64,000 nt of DNA from Sphyrna mokarran (GCA_024679065.1 JAGIQG010000040.1:4898001-4962000); one strand, 5' to 3'. Counted from the first letter of the stretch, positions 11,792-25,262 are shown. Notes: a model not told the origin generated them from the sequence alone. Made by a program: numbers and translations.

Positions 11792-13981
11792 GATGCTTTC
11801 TGAGTCTGCAACTCTGTAATGAGAGAAATCCTGTCAGAGATGGAAATACACAGTTCCACTGCGCTGCTGATCCAACCAATGAGAAGAATGGAGCAGCGGC
11901 AGTCATCTGTCCAATCACACAATAGGTTCAGAGTGAGCGCAGAAAACGGAAGTGGGCGGGGATGCGGTAGACAAAATACTGAGTGAAGTGTGCAGCTGCC
12001 TCAGCTGCACCCGGAACGGAAACAGCGTGACTTCAATCTCCGGAATCTGTCACCATTCTGCACCTGCTCAATGTTCAAGTGACTGAGAAAAAGATAGAGA
12101 AGGGAGGGACATAACAGAGCCAGGGACATGAACAGAATGGAAACAGAGCGTATCAATGCAGGAGATGAGGCCACTCGGCCCGTGGTATCTTCGCCTGACA
12201 GAATTCAGAATTGATGTGAAGAATTCAGAATTGACAGAATTCTTCAATTCATCTTTCAAACCCCACATCTCTCACAGTGACTGCATTTTTCTGCTTTCAA
12301 CCTATCTCTCATTCCCTTCTGAAACTTACTATTGCCTCTTCTTCCGCCATCTCTTTAGTCACCGCAGGGATAGGGCCTGGGTAAGAGTCGGTACACATTT
12401 GATGGGCTGAATGGCCTCCTTTTGCACTGTAAGGGTCCTATGACAAATATGACCACCTTCCAAGTTTAACTAATCGCAGAGTAATCAATTAATCTCATCT
12501 TTCCATTGCCCTCTCCCCTCCTAAAGTAGACTCTGGTGTTTTCCAATGTTCTGGCAGAGGAAACTGTCACATGCGATTTACTTTAACAAAACCATATGAA
12601 GTTGAGCACCTCAGTTTGGACTGTCTTATACCTCCTTAGATATTAAGAGATGAACCCTTGAGCCACAATGGATAGTGTTTGTGACTCTGGGGCAGATACT
12701 TCGGCTTCAGTTCGAAAGCCGGTACCTGTTGCTAAGGATATTTATTGAAGCCTTAGCTATTACTACCCCTAACTCCAGATAATAACATGGAAAAAAGGTG
12801 AATTAAGAACATAAAAGTACATAAGGGCTTTGCCGCTGCAACTCAGACTGCTCCACGGGAATGGTTTGAATAGAGAACAGGTTGTTGTAAGAACAAGGAG
12901 CCCTATTCCAATTCGGGCTGTGGTGTATTTGAAACGTGCCTCTTTGTCCTTCCCGTAGTGTAGCTCATCTTTGCAGAGAAAAAAAGAATTGCAGTTTGTC
13001 TAGTCCACCTGCATCGCAATTCCTCATCTCTGCTCAATCCTTTTTCCAATGAAGGCCACTGAGAGGTTTTCAGGTTCGTTCATTTACAAACGAAAACACG
13101 AATATCTTCAGACAGGTCTAAATTTAATTTGGTCGGACTGAGTTAAATTCTTTGACGTTTAAGCTACGTTTTATCACTATTTAGGAACCAGGGAATCACC
13201 ATTTAGTGAGACGGTGAAGACATTGGAGAAAGCAAATGTCCACGGATGACGGCATTCAATGATCAGATGACTTGCTCTTCTTTTATCAAATAATGAAATG
13301 AGTTTCTTAATTTTAGTACTCAGGTTTTTTAAATTGATGGAATAGATTACGCAGAACTGTTTCAATCAGTAGAATATTCGCTAATCCAAGTATGTCAGCG
13401 TAAGAGAAGAAAAGGCATTGAATGATCGTGTTCACTTGTTGCACTGCCAGTTGTTCAAAGCTGGAATCACATTGCTTCAGATGGTGGCAGAATATTAAAC
13501 ATAAATTATTAAAAGGAAATTATATGTATCCTGAACAAAGAATCTGAATGTGGCAAATGCAGGGATGAATGATGATTTGGAGAACTCTTCCAAAGAGATA
13601 TAGATAGAATGAATGGCCTTATTCTGCGCTCAAAGACTCTATAATTTTCGTTGCTTCATGTCCCAGTCGCTCTATTTATTGTTAGAGATTTGAGCAGGTG
13701 CAAAATGGTCAGAGACTTCTGTAGATTTAACCATCGCTATTTCCGCCCCGACTGCAACTGAGAGTCGCCGCACACTTTTGCTCAATATTGAGTCTGCCTA
13801 TTTCCGCCCACAGCTTCCATTTGCTACTCTGACTCTGACCCGATTGCGTGATTGGACAGATTGCTGTCGCTGCTCCATTCCTCTCATTGGTTGGATCAGC
13901 AGTGCAGTGGGACGGGCATCTGTATTTCTGTCTCTGACAGAGGATTTCTCTCACTGCAGAGCTGCAGACTCAGGAAGGATC

Positions 13982-14591
13982 ATGGTGAACTGTTTCACTC
14001 CGATCCTCATCATTATCTCACTTCTCAGTAAGTAGCTCTTGGGGCGAAAGGGATCAACAGATATGGGGGGGGAATCGGGATCAGGTTATTGAGTTGTACG
14101 GGCAGCCATGATCGCAATGAATGGCGGGACAGGAGCAGAGGGCCGAATGGCCCCTTCCTGCTCCGATCTTCTATATAGTCATGTATTTCCTTTCCCATAA
14201 AGGCGTATCTTATTAGTGATCGTTTAAATTGCGATTTTCTTCAGAAAAATACTTTTTTAAAAATTTTTAATACTTATTTTATGTCAGAATGGAGTCACCA
14301 AGACACAGTGGAGCAGCCGGTTGCTGAAATAACAGTTGAAGAGGAAACTAATGTCACATTAACCTGCATCTTGAAGACAAGCAATTCCAACCCGTATGTC
14401 TACTGGTACAGTCAGAGTCCCCGACAGCCTCCACAGTACATGCTTCGTATTCTGAATGGGAAACTACAAAGATATTCCGATATCAGCGACCGCTTTTCAG
14501 CGACATTAAATAAAACTACCAAGATTACCCAGCTAATGATCGGCAACACGCTGTTGACTGACAGTGCGGTGTATTTCTGTGCCTTAGATCC
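13982..14591 (+). CDS. TCR alpha/delta-like V segment V3 (leader 13982-14027, V exon 14288-14591)
   Basis: Leader MVNCFTPILIIISLL + gtaagt; acceptor tgtcag; VYWYSQ..DSAVYFCALD. Confidence 0.9.
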
Positions 14592-14629
14592 CACACTGTT
14601 ACAGATGTAGCAGGTCCCATACAAAAACC
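14592..14629 (+). other. RSS of V3 (22-nt spacer)
   Basis: CACACTG (14592-14598) + 22 nt + ACAAAAACC (14621-14629). Confidence 0.88.
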
Positions 14630-14653
14630 CCAGAGTAAGAGTTCCAGTTAGTG

Positions 14654-14667
14654 TCAGCAGAGGGCGC
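14654..14667 (+). promoter_or_regulatory. CTCF-like motif downstream of V3 RSS
   Basis: TCAGCAGAGGGCGC 24 bp after the nonamer, preceded by GAGTTCCAGTTAGTG. Confidence 0.65.
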
Positions 14668-14824
14668 GCTCACGCCGTTAGACAATAAAGACAAACTCCA
14701 CAAATTTTGCAGTCGAATATCCCGCATTTGGAGACATCGCAGACGTCAGCACACCGGAAGTGCAATGGGTTAGCCTCGTCCTGGGCGAACCACCCGCTTG
14801 ATCATGGTTTCACCCCAGCCGCAG

Positions 14825-14972
14825 AGGCTGGAGTAGATTTAACCTGAGGGTCACATCACACCTCAGGAGAGATGGCGGCAACTTCATGAATAACCTCAGC
14901 TGATGCAGGTATTGAAACTGTGCCATCAGCGCTGCTTTGCATCACAAACCAGATATTCAGCAACTGAGCTAA
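14825..14972 (-). mobile_element. tRNA-derived SINE fragment
   Basis: Reverse complement ttagctcagttgc...tctggtttgtgatgc...tcagctgaggttattcatgaag; related piece at 24455-24540. Confidence 0.5.
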
Positions 14973-15609
14973 ACAACAATAGAACATAGAACATAGATCA
15001 TAGAACATTACAGCGGAGAACAGGCCCTTCGGCCCGCGATGTTGCGCCGACCAATTAAGAAAAAGCAATGACCCTCTAACCTAAACCATTCCTTTTTCAT
15101 CCATAAACCTATCCACGGACCTCTTAAATGCCCCCATTCTCTGGGTTTGCTGTACATGTATCTGAGCATTTATGATTCATGCAGCAGGACACGCAGAGCC
15201 CTCTGGATCTAAGTCCTTTGCAATCTCTTATCATTTGCTTAATAAAATTCCTTGTGTTTCTTCCTGCCAAAATGTATCACATTACATTCGCTGTTTTTGA
15301 CTTTCTTCCTCTTTTTGCATTGTTCCCCAATTGTCTGTGCTCTGTACCTATTCTCGCTGCACGTTTTCGCTTTGTCCTTCACTCATTCTGATTTGCATGA
15401 AATCTCTTCCATTTTTTTCGAACACATTCCCCATTCTCTTCATTTTAACCTTTTTAGAACTTTCTCATTCAAGAAATGTTTTGCTCTCATTCCTCTTACC
15501 ACTAGAATTTAATACCGCACTTCTTGAAACGCTAATATTTCTGTGGAGCGGGTTTTGAAAACGGTGCAGGGTTTTGTATGGACCCCCCTGTGTTTTTTTT
15601 TGCACTGAA

Positions 15610-15938
15610 CCTCATGGCGCAGAGATAGGTGGCACCGTCTGAAACCTGTACGTCTCTCATAGTCAGGAAGTTGAGTTTGTTGCCTTCACCGATCGAAGCA
15701 GTGACCCTCTCGTGTTGATTGGTTCCTCTTGCGGCCATCGCCGGATGCTGGGGCGGCTGATTCGTGAGCTGTTTGTACCAACGCAGGAGTTCAAACGTAA
15801 TGGAGGTGATGCAGTTCATGAGTACATTTCGCGCCTCACTGGCAACCTCCCGTGGAGCAACTCAGCTTCTCCGGTCACCCCCGTGCAGGTCAGAGTGAAA
15901 AACAATAAAAAGTCGATGCAAATCCTGAGCATTCTCAT
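15610..15938 (-). pseudogene. V segment V4, pseudogene of the intronless leader-V family
   Basis: ATGAGAATG leader MRMLRICIDFLLFFTLTCTGVTG continuous with EAE, then a frameshifting deletion; RWYKQ..YLCAMR; heptamer mutated to TTCAGTG (15609-15603), 25-nt spacer, nonamer ACAAAACCC. Confidence 0.85.
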
Positions 15939-17007
15939 TTCACATGCAACACAGAGAACCAGATGAAAATTAACAAGGAGCCAAGTATTTTCTTGGGGTT
16001 CAGTTCAGTGCTGTATTTAGCTTGAACTGACAATATTAGGCGGGTTGTTCTTTAGCCACCCATACTGAGCGTTTCACGCTGACACGGGCTCACACTGCCT
16101 CTGAGTACACATCTGACCCGCCCAGATTAAATATTTCTCACCCACACTTTGCTCTTTGCTGGTGTGCACTGGTAATTGCAGGGTGCAATTCTTGATTTGG
16201 TTCGTCGACAAGTTGCAATTTATACGATAGTTATAAATAAGAACAGCTGTTTCCTCCTTGTTATAGCTCTATTATTGCGGGAGAGCTTAAAATTTTCCTT
16301 TTGTTCTACTATCCAACAATTGCAATGCATTTTGCTGTCTCGTTCTTCCTAAAGTTTCATTCCACACTGTGACTAGTCCGGGTGTGACAAGAAGGTCCTG
16401 ATGTTAGTCCTAAAGTATCGTTCAATAACTTGAGAACTTGTGTAATGGGAAGTGGTCTATCCATCAAATATTTATTACATAACTACAAGAATACCAACAC
16501 TGAAAACTTATATAAAAATATTCCAAAAATTATATGTTCATCAGTGTTAAAATTATCTTTATGCATTTCTTCCTCAATCAGGTTCTCTCCAGTGTAGACA
16601 CTCGCGCCAATGCTGAACTTAATGCAGTGTCCTTCTGTCCTGTCCTGGTGGAAAAAAAGCACTATACTATACAACTTTAAAACAACCTGTTTCACTTCTG
16701 ATTTCAACAACTGCTGATCGTACATTCTCCTCAGTATGGAATATACGTTTAATTTCTCTTCGTTTTGAATGCGCCTGGTGGTAAACAAACCCACTCATTT
16801 CCTTTCTCCAACCCCTGACAGCCAAAGAAGCTGATTGGATCATTTCAAGACATTGGAACTCTAAGCTTGGATGTCAATGAATGACGCTGTCAGCAATGAA
16901 CCAATCAACAACGGTTCAGATAGAACTCAACTTCTTACCAGCTCTTGACGATTAATATTTCGGTTTCAACCCTCTCTGCTCACATCCGCCTCGAAATCTT
17001 TGCAAAC

Positions 17008-18431
17008 ATGTCTCCTGTGACTTTGTGCTTATTCCTCACAGCGGGAGTTCTATTAACAGGTAGGTTCACAAATTACAAACCCTGTGTTTCACATATTTAG
17101 CATTCACTGCATTCAGTTGAGCAATTCGATTAAGAAATTGGTAAAATATATATAAATTGGTTATTTATATATACATATATAAAATATAAAATAAAATATA
17201 CCAATATGAATTAGAATTCACCTTGTCTCAGCAAGGGAGCAAGCAAAATACTTTCGGTGAATAAGAGTGAAGACTGAATGTGGGATTGCAGGCTCCGCTA
17301 GAGCCAGTGGGAGATTTTGACAAACACAATGAAATCTGGATAAAAGCTTTGTCAAGCCTGAGATCTTTAAACCCACAGGCAGTTTTGTTTCCCCATCAAA
17401 TAACGTCAGACGAAGGCGAGGGTCTGATCTCTTTGGAAGATGTTTAAACAAAACAGAAATTTGGATCTATCGAGTCACATTCCAGCCCGGGATATGACTT
17501 GTCCAGTAGTAACATCAATTAGGATCATAACATGTAGACACAACAAGGAGAGCGTGCAAACTTCACACAGGCATGCAGTGAAAGAACTCCCAATGGTACA
17601 GCTCCCACTTTCACCAGTATTGGTGTCAGTTCCATGAATTAATACACATTTCCGCTACAAACGGAAGCCTTTTTCCTAGGATGGAGTAAGCTAGCACGAG
17701 GGGACGCAGCTTTAAATTAAGGGGTGATAGTTATAGGACGGATATCAGAGGTAGGTTCTTTACCCAAAGGGTGGTTCAGGAGTGGAATGCCCTGCCTGCA
17801 GCAGTTGTAGATGCGCCAAGTTTGGTGGCGTTTAAGAGGTTAGTTGATAAGTATATGGAAGAGAAGGGAATGGTTTAGTTTGGAGGGGCATTGCTTTTTA
17901 TATTGGTCGGCGCAACATCGAAGGCCGAAGGGCCTGTTCTGTGCTGTAATGTTCTATGTTCTATAACACGTTCCCGTTACAAACTGCCTGTTGCGGGAAA
18001 TATATTCATTTTTAGATCCTGTGATTCATTTTTCAAATTATTGGCCAGGGTGACGGGCCGTATCCGGCTGTTAAACAAGATGAGCTGACATCATTTAATT
18101 TCTCATTACTCTTGGCTCTTACAGGACAATGTGGAGGAGATTCCGTTTCACAGATACCGGCTACAGTCACAGTGAGTGAAGGAGATGATGTTCAGTTATT
18201 CTGTAATTATACCATTACAAGCATTGATGGTTATTATCTATTCTCGTACCGTCAGTATCCCAGCGGATCCATGGAGTATCTACTGACGAGAAGTAAATAT
18301 ACCGGGAACGCAGAGAGATTCCCAGGGGACCGATTGTCAGCGGAGCTCGATGATACAACCCGAACCGTCCCGTTGAAAGTGTCTAAAACGGAGCAGGCAG
18401 ACTCCGGGGTGTATTACTGCGCACTGAGCCC
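17008..18431 (+). CDS. TCR alpha/delta-like V segment V5 (leader 17008-17059, V exon 18125-18431); open frame but conserved Trp replaced by Ser
   Basis: Leader MSPVTLCLFLTAGVLLT + gtaggt; acceptor tcttacag; LFSYRQ instead of LFWYRQ; DSGVYYCALS. Confidence 0.85.
17660..17965 (+). mobile_element. CR1 LINE 3' fragment in the V5 intron
   Basis: ggtaggttctttacccaaagggtggttcaggagtggaatgccctgcc...ggccgaagggcctgttctgtgctgtaatgttctatgttcta tail. Confidence 0.8.
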
Positions 18432-18470
18432 CACAGAGACACAGAGCTGGGCTGAACCTAAACAAAAACT
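18432..18470 (+). other. 23-RSS of V5
   Basis: CACAGAG (18432-18438) + 23 nt + ACAAAAACT (18462-18470). Confidence 0.92.
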
Positions 18471-18524
18471 CTCAGAGCCTCACTCAACATAACAGTGCGC
18501 TCGGCAAATATTGCGAATAGGGAT

Positions 18525-19585
18525 CATTGTTTTTCAAATTGTAGGCAGTAACTAGTAGGGTGCCACAAGGACCGATGCTGGGACCCCAACTCTATACACT
18601 AATGATTTGGATGAGGAAACAAAATGTAACATCTCAAAGTTTGCAGATGGTACCAAGTTGGGTGAGAAGGTGAACTGCGACAAGGATGCAGAGATCCTTC
18701 AGAATGATCTGTACAGATTGGATGCTAATCAATTGCATAAACAGTATAATTTGGATAAATGTGAAGTTATTCACGTTGGAAACAAAAACAGGAAGGCAGA
18801 TTACAACCCGAATTGCAGTAAATTGGGAGAGGGGAGTGTGCATTGGGATCTGGGTGTCTTGTGCATCAGTCACTGAAGTAAGCATGCAAGTGCAGCAGGC
18901 GGTAAGGAAGGCAAATAGCATGTTGGTCTTCATTTGCGAGAGGTTTCGAGTATAGGGGCAGGGATATGTTTCTACAATTATACAAGGCCTTGGTGAGGCT
19001 ACACCTAAAGCACTGTATGCAGTTTTAGTCTCCTTTTCTGTGGATGGATGTTCTTGCTCTCGAGGGACCGCAGCAAAAGTTTGCCACGCTGATTCCGGAG
19101 ATGGTGGGACTGATGTCTGAGGAGATTGACTTGGTTAAGATTGTTTTCGCTGGAGTTAAGACGAACGAGAGGAAATCCCACGGAGACTTACAAAATTTCG
19201 AACAGGAATAGACAGAGTAGATGCAGAGAGGATATTCCCGATGGTGGGAGGGTGTCGGGGAAGTCTAGGGGTCTAGAACCAAAAGCCTCAGTTTGAGTAT
19301 TCAGCGTTGCCCATTTGGGATGGAGATGAGGAGACAATTCTTCCCCTAAAGAATGGTGAGCCTGTGAAATTCGTTATCATAGGAAAAAATTGATGCCAAA
19401 ACATTGAATGTTTTTAAGAGGTGGCTGGAAATAGCACTTGGGGCGAATGGGGTCAAAGGTGATGGGGAAAACACAGGATTAAACTATTGAGTTAAATGAT
19501 CAGCCGTGATCTTAATGAATGGCACAGCAGGCTTGAAAAGCCAAATGGCCTCATCCTGCTCCTATCTTCTAGTTTCTATGTTTGA
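18525..19585 (+). mobile_element. CR1 LINE ORF2 3' part, degenerate
   Basis: ISKFADGTKLG...DKCEVIHVG RT C-terminal motifs and CR1-type tail. Confidence 0.85.
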
Positions 19586-20227
19586 GCTGCCAGGATATCC
19601 GGTATGCTTAATTTTATTGTTCTAAATTTTTAGAATAAAACTTATTGATGTGAATTGGCTGGTTGTTTAATGAACATAAAATAAATCACAGAGCACTTTC
19701 TTGATGCCTAGAAGTGTTTGACTGTCATGGTTATGATGTACTGGAGACAACACACAGCACAGTATGACACATTAATCACTAATTTTATAATGACCTGTCT
19801 GTTTATAATGGCTAAAGGACAGTCAATGTGGTATCATTATTCCTGAAGAGAGGAAAGGATAAATCAGGAAACTGCAGGCATGACATCAGTGGTAGAAAAA
19901 GATTGGAAGCAATTCTGAGAAACGGAAGTTATCTGCAGTTGCAGAGGCAGAGATTAATCAAGAACAGTCAGCACGGTTTTATTAACGGGAAGTCGTCCAT
20001 TTCCTTCTTGTTCAATAAACGAAATTCAAAATCCAATTGAATTCATTTCACAGTTCGCACATGAGTGGCAAACATATCCAAGCTGACAAGATAAGGCATT
20101 GCATCCCGTTTTGGGAACATAGGAATTAGGAGTGAGAGTAGACAATTCTGAGGTCTCTATCTACTTCAAGAAGACGACCATCATCACAATACCAAAGAAC
20201 AGCCAGCAGCGTGCCTTAATGGCGATC

Positions 20228-20730
20228 ATAGAACATAGAACATAGAAAAACTACAGCACAAACAGGCCCTTCGGCCCACAAGTTGCGCTGATCACATCCC
20301 TAATTACTAGGCCTATCTATAACCTTCAATCCCATTAAATTCCATGGACTCATCCAGAAGTCTCTTAAAAGAGTTCGTCTCCACCACTACCGACGGCAGC
20401 CAATTCCACTCACCCACCACCCTCTGAATGGAAAACTTACCCCGACACCTCCTCTGTACCTATTCCCCAGCACTTTAAATCTGTGTCCCCAGCCCTGGGA
20501 AATAGCCTCTGAGAATCCACCCGATCTATACCTCTCAACATCTTATAAACCTCCATCAAGTCACCTCTCATCCTTCGTCTCTCCAGGGAAGAAAGACCGA
20601 GCTCCCTCAAGTTATCCTCATAAGGCATGCCACCCAATCCAGACAACATCCTTGTAAATCTCCTCTGCGCCTTTTCAATAGCTTCCACATCTTTCTTGTA
20701 ATGAGGCGACCAGAACTGTGCACTCCAAGT
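20228..20730 (-). mobile_element. CR1 LINE 3' fragment
   Basis: AQFWSPHYKKDVEAIEKAQRRFTRML...LERRRMRGDL; (tagaaca)n tail. Confidence 0.85.
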
Positions 20731-20759
20731 CTGACTAGGGACAGTGGGATCGCCCGATG

Positions 20760-22930
20760 GCTCTGACATCCATTTTTGTGAAATGCTTCGAAAGATTAGT
20801 CAAGGCACGAATCAATTCCAGCTTCCCAGACTGCCTGGGTCCACTACAGTCCGCCGAATGGCACAACAGGTCCAAGCAGACGCCATCTCCCTGGCTCTGC
20901 CCTCAAGCCTGGAACATCTAAATAACAAAACACCTATGACAGATTCCTATTCATTCACTATAGCTCGGTATTTAACACCACTATTCCTGCGAAAATCATC
21001 TCCAAACACCGTGACCTGGGTCTCGGCTCCGCCTTTTGCGGCTGGATCCTGAACTTTCAAACCCACAGAAAACAATCAGTAAAGATAGGGAATCAGACTT
21101 CCTCTACGTTCTTCCTTAACACTGATGCCCCACAAGGTTGTGTTCTCAACTCTCTATTATACTTCTTACAAACCTATGACTGTGTGGCCAAATTCCCCTC
21201 CCCCCCCCCACCCGCCCTCACCCCCGCAATTTTCAAATATGCTGAGACACCAGCATAGTGGGTCAGATCTCAAATAATGAAGAGACAGAGTACAGGGATG
21301 AGATAGAGAATGTGGTGAACTGGTGCGGTGACAATAATCTCCCCCTCAATGTCAGCAAAACGACAGAGATTGTATTCGGAGTCAGGAAGCATAGTACAGA
21401 GCAAGCCCCTCTCTACTTCAATGGGGGTGAAGTAGAAATGGTCGGGAGATTCAGGCTTTCCGTTGTCCAAATCACCAACAATCTGCGCTGGTTCTACCCT
21501 ACCCCCCTCCCTACCCCCGCCATTGCCCCCCCCCCTTCCCCCGCCCCGTGCCGACAATATAGTCAAGTAAGATCAATTATTTTCGCAGAAGATTGAGTAA
21601 ATTTGACAAAGAACAAAGAAGAAAACAGCATGGGAAACAGGCCCTTCGGCCCAACGAGCCCACGCCACCACCCCAATGTTCCTATCTCTACCCGTGATCC
21701 CTGTCCATATTTATAGATCTATGGATTAAAAACCAAATTTGAGACAATTTAGGGAGAATTTGTTTTGCCAATTAGCCTAAGAGCACATCTTTGGGATGTG
21801 GGAGGAAACCGGAGCACCCGGAGAAAACCCACGCAAGCACGGGGAGAATGCGCAAACTCCCACAGACACAGGCCCAAATCCATGTATCTGCAAAGCACAG
21901 CGATAGTCACTGAGCTGTCGTGTTGCCCATCAAATGGTCCAGGTCAAGCGTACACTAACGACGTGAAGCAGTAGGATACTCTCGAAAAATCCAAGAGCAG
22001 TCCTCTCACGACCCATCGCGTGTATGCCCCTCGTTAGACAACAAGGTGGACCAAAGCACCTGTAGGATAAAAACAAGTACATCAATATCATCATCTATTT
22101 ACACACTTCCCAGGGACTCCCAAGGCTCATGATCCCTATTTTAAATCAGTTTTCTATACCCCTCCATTCCCATTCTGTTCATGTGCCCATCTAAGTATTT
22201 CTTAAATAACTCCAGAGTACCTGCCTCCAAAACTTTACTTGGCAGCGCATTCCATACCCCCACCACCCTCTGTGTGAAAAAACTCCCTCTAGCATCCAAA
22301 TTATACCTTACCCCCCTCACCCTAAGCCCGTGACCCCTCGTGCTATTTGAGTCCATTCCAGGAAAAGGATGTCAGCTTCGAATCTCACCAACTTTTACAG
22401 ATGCACCATAAAAAGCATTCTTTCTAGTTGTACTCAGAGATTAATCCAGTCCAACACTGGCATCTCCACATCAAAGATTGGTCATGACTCCTGCTCTGCC
22501 CAAGGCCGCAAGAAACTGAAAGAGGGCCTAACCGTAACCCAACATATCATGCAAACCAGCCTCCCATCCATTGACTCTGTTATCACTTTTCGTTGCCTCA
22601 GTAAAGCAGCCAGTATAACTAAGGACCCCACGCACAAGACATTCTCTCTCCCAACTTCTTCCATCGAAAAAACAGTTACAAAAGTCTGAGGTGACGTACC
22701 AACTGACTCAAGAACAGCATTTTCCCTGCTGCCATTAGGCTTTTGAATGGACCTACCTTGCATTAAGTTGATATTTCTCGACACCCTAGCTATGGCTGTA
22801 ACAGTACATTCTGTGTACAATCTCTCATTTCCTTCCCTATGAACGGTATGCTTTATCTGTGCAGCGCACAGGAAAGAATACTTTTCACTGTCTACTAATA
22901 CATATTGCAATAATAATTTAAATCAAATCA
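20760..22930 (+). mobile_element. Rex1/Babar-like LINE, degenerate, interrupted by a CR1 insertion at ~21606-22368
   Basis: gccccacaaggttgtgttctc, YRDEIENVVNWCGDNNLPLNVSKTTEI, LTNFYRCTIKSILSSC motifs; (aatca)n tail. Confidence 0.7.
21606..22368 (-). mobile_element. CR1 3' end with embedded V-SINE-derived 3' UTR
   Basis: FFTQRVVGVWNALP ORF2 end followed by V-domain and ggccgaagggcctgtttccc tail; same architecture as 41820-43097. Confidence 0.8.
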
Positions 22931-23707
22931 ATTCAGCCCTTCGAGACTGCTCCGCCATTCTCAGTGTTCATAATTTCGCTCCATATCATCCTAACTCCAC
23001 TTCCCTACCTTATCCCCATAGCCCTTTTTTCCGCTTTTCAATCAACTTAGTGAATCTGCTCTGCACTCCCTCCAGTGTCAGTATGTCCTTTCTCAAGTAA
23101 GGAGGCCAAAACTGTACACAGTAATAGAATGATCATGGTCACTTGTTGCACTGCCTGTTCTTCAAAGCTGGAAACCCCACTGACTATAATTGCCCAGAAT
23201 ATTAAGCAAAAATATTTAGAAAGAAATGATATTTATCTTGAACAAAAAACCCTGTATGTGCAAAAAATGTAGGGATGAAAGGAGACTTGGAGAACTATTT
23301 CAAAGAGGCACAGATAGGAGGGAATGGCTTCATTTGGCGCTCCGAGATTCTATAATTCTAGTTGCTTAGTGTCCCTGCCGCTCTACTTATTGTTAGACAC
23401 CTGAACAATGAACAGGTGCAGGATGGTCAGACACTTTTGTAGATTCAACCGTCACTATTTCCGCTCCATCAGCTCCGAGTGCAGCTAAGAGCCACCGCAA
23501 CTTCATCCAATAATAAGTCTGCCGTATCCCCGCCCACTGCTTCCGTTTGCTGCCCTCATTCTGTCCCGATTGGGTGATTGGACGGATTGCTGTCGCTGCT
23601 CCATTCCTCTCCTTGATTGGATCAGCAGTGCAGTGGGACGGGCATCTGTATTTCTGTCTCTGACAGAGGATTTCTCTCACTGCCGCGTTACAGACTCAGG
23701 AAGCATC

Positions 23708-24324
23708 ATGGTGAACTATCTCAGTCCGATTCTCATCTTTATCTCACTTCTCAGTAAGTAGCTCTTGGGGGCGAAGGGGATCAAATGATATGGGGCAAAG
23801 CGGATCGAGTTGTGTGATCAACCATGATCACCATGAATGGCAGGACAGTCTCCAAATGCCGAATGGCCTCCTCCTGCTCCTACCTTCGATATGTTAATGT
23901 ATTTCCTTTCCTATAAAGCCAGATGTTATTTTTGACCAATAATAGTGATCGTTTTAATGACGATTTTGTTTAAAATCGGTGCTGACTGATTTTTTTAACT
24001 TTTTCTATTATTTTATATTAGAATGGAGTCACCAAGACACACAGGAGAAGCCGGTTGTTGAAATAACAGTGGAGGAGGGAAGTAATGTCACATTAAACTG
24101 CAACTTGAAGGCAAGCATTTCTAACCCTGGTGTGTACTGGTACAGTCAGAGTCCCGGGAAGCCTCCACAGTACATGCTTTACATTGTTGGAGCGAAGCTG
24201 TTCAAACACACCGACATCAGCGACCGCCTTTCAGCGACATTTAATAAAACTGCTAAGATTACCGAGCTAATGATCGGGAACACGCTGATGACTGACAGTG
24301 CGGTCTATTTCTGCGCCTGGAGTC
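23708..24324 (+). CDS. TCR alpha/delta-like V segment V7 (leader 23708-23753, V exon 24022-24324)
   Basis: Leader MVNYLSPILIFISLL + gtaagt; acceptor atattag; GVYWYSQ..DSAVYFCAWS. Confidence 0.9.
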
Positions 24325-24362
24325 CACAGTGTTACAGATACGGCGAGTCCCATACAAAAACC
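24325..24362 (+). other. RSS of V7 (22-nt spacer)
   Basis: CACAGTG (24325-24331) + 22 nt + ACAAAAACC (24354-24362). Confidence 0.9.
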
Positions 24363-24387
24363 CCGCAGTAAGTGTTCCAGTTAGTGC

Positions 24388-24401
24388 TCAGCAGAGGGCG
24401 C
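24388..24401 (+). promoter_or_regulatory. CTCF-like motif downstream of V7 RSS
   Basis: TCAGCAGAGGGCGC 25 bp after the nonamer. Confidence 0.65.
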
Positions 24402-25262
24402 TTTCACACCGATAGATAGTAACAATAAAGGTAAAGTCACCATCGCCGAGATGTCCAGGGGCTGGTGGTGATTTAACTTGAAGATCACACCAAATCTCAG
24501 GCGAGGGGGTCAAGGTTGAGATAACGCGACTTGATGAAGGACCTTTGACAAAGTGTCATATGGACTCGAAACGTCAGCTCTTTTCTCTCCTTACAGATGC
24601 TGCCCGACCTGTTGCGATTTTCCAGCATTTTCTCTTTTGGTTTCATAGAACACCTCAACACCAGTCATTAGATTGGTTCCACTGGTGGTCGCAGCTTCGA
24701 GGGCCGAAAGGCCTGTACTGCGCTGTAATGTTCTATGTTCAACGGTACAGGGGCGAATTTGTAATGTAAGTGTCTCTTTGGTGTTACAAACCAGACATTC
24801 AGTAAGTGAGCTGGACAACAATATTCTCATTACTTTCTGTACCTGTGTACGATTACTTGAGATTCACACACTAGGACACGCAATCCCTCTGAATCTAGGA
24901 ACTCTGCAATCTCTCACCGTTTAGTTAATAAGCTCCGTGTGTTTCATCCTGCCAAAAAGTCACAACACATTCGCTGGTTTTGACTTTGTCCTTCTCTTTG
25001 CATTGTTTCCTAAATTTTGTGCTTTATAAATTAATAAACCAAAGCGCCTTTTCGTTTTGAATTTCGCTCATTCTGATTTCCATGCAATCTCTTCCATTTT
25101 CTTTGAATACATTTCCAACGCTCTTCATTTTAACCTTTTTAAATTTTTTTTAAATTTAAGAAATATTTTGCTCTCATTCCCTTTACCATTGGAATTTAAT
25201 ACCGCGCTTTTTAAAATGCTGATGCTCCAGGCACGGTGGAGCGGGTTTTGGAGACAGTGCAG

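Noticed and set aside
12664-12730. CACAATG heptamer and DSG-like codons suggesting another V or D
   Set aside because: No nonamer at a valid spacing and no Ig-domain frame on either strand
25225-25245. CTCF site beyond the V6/V4 RSS (GGCACGGTGGAGC)
   Set aside because: Weak match, and not conserved in the V4 copy
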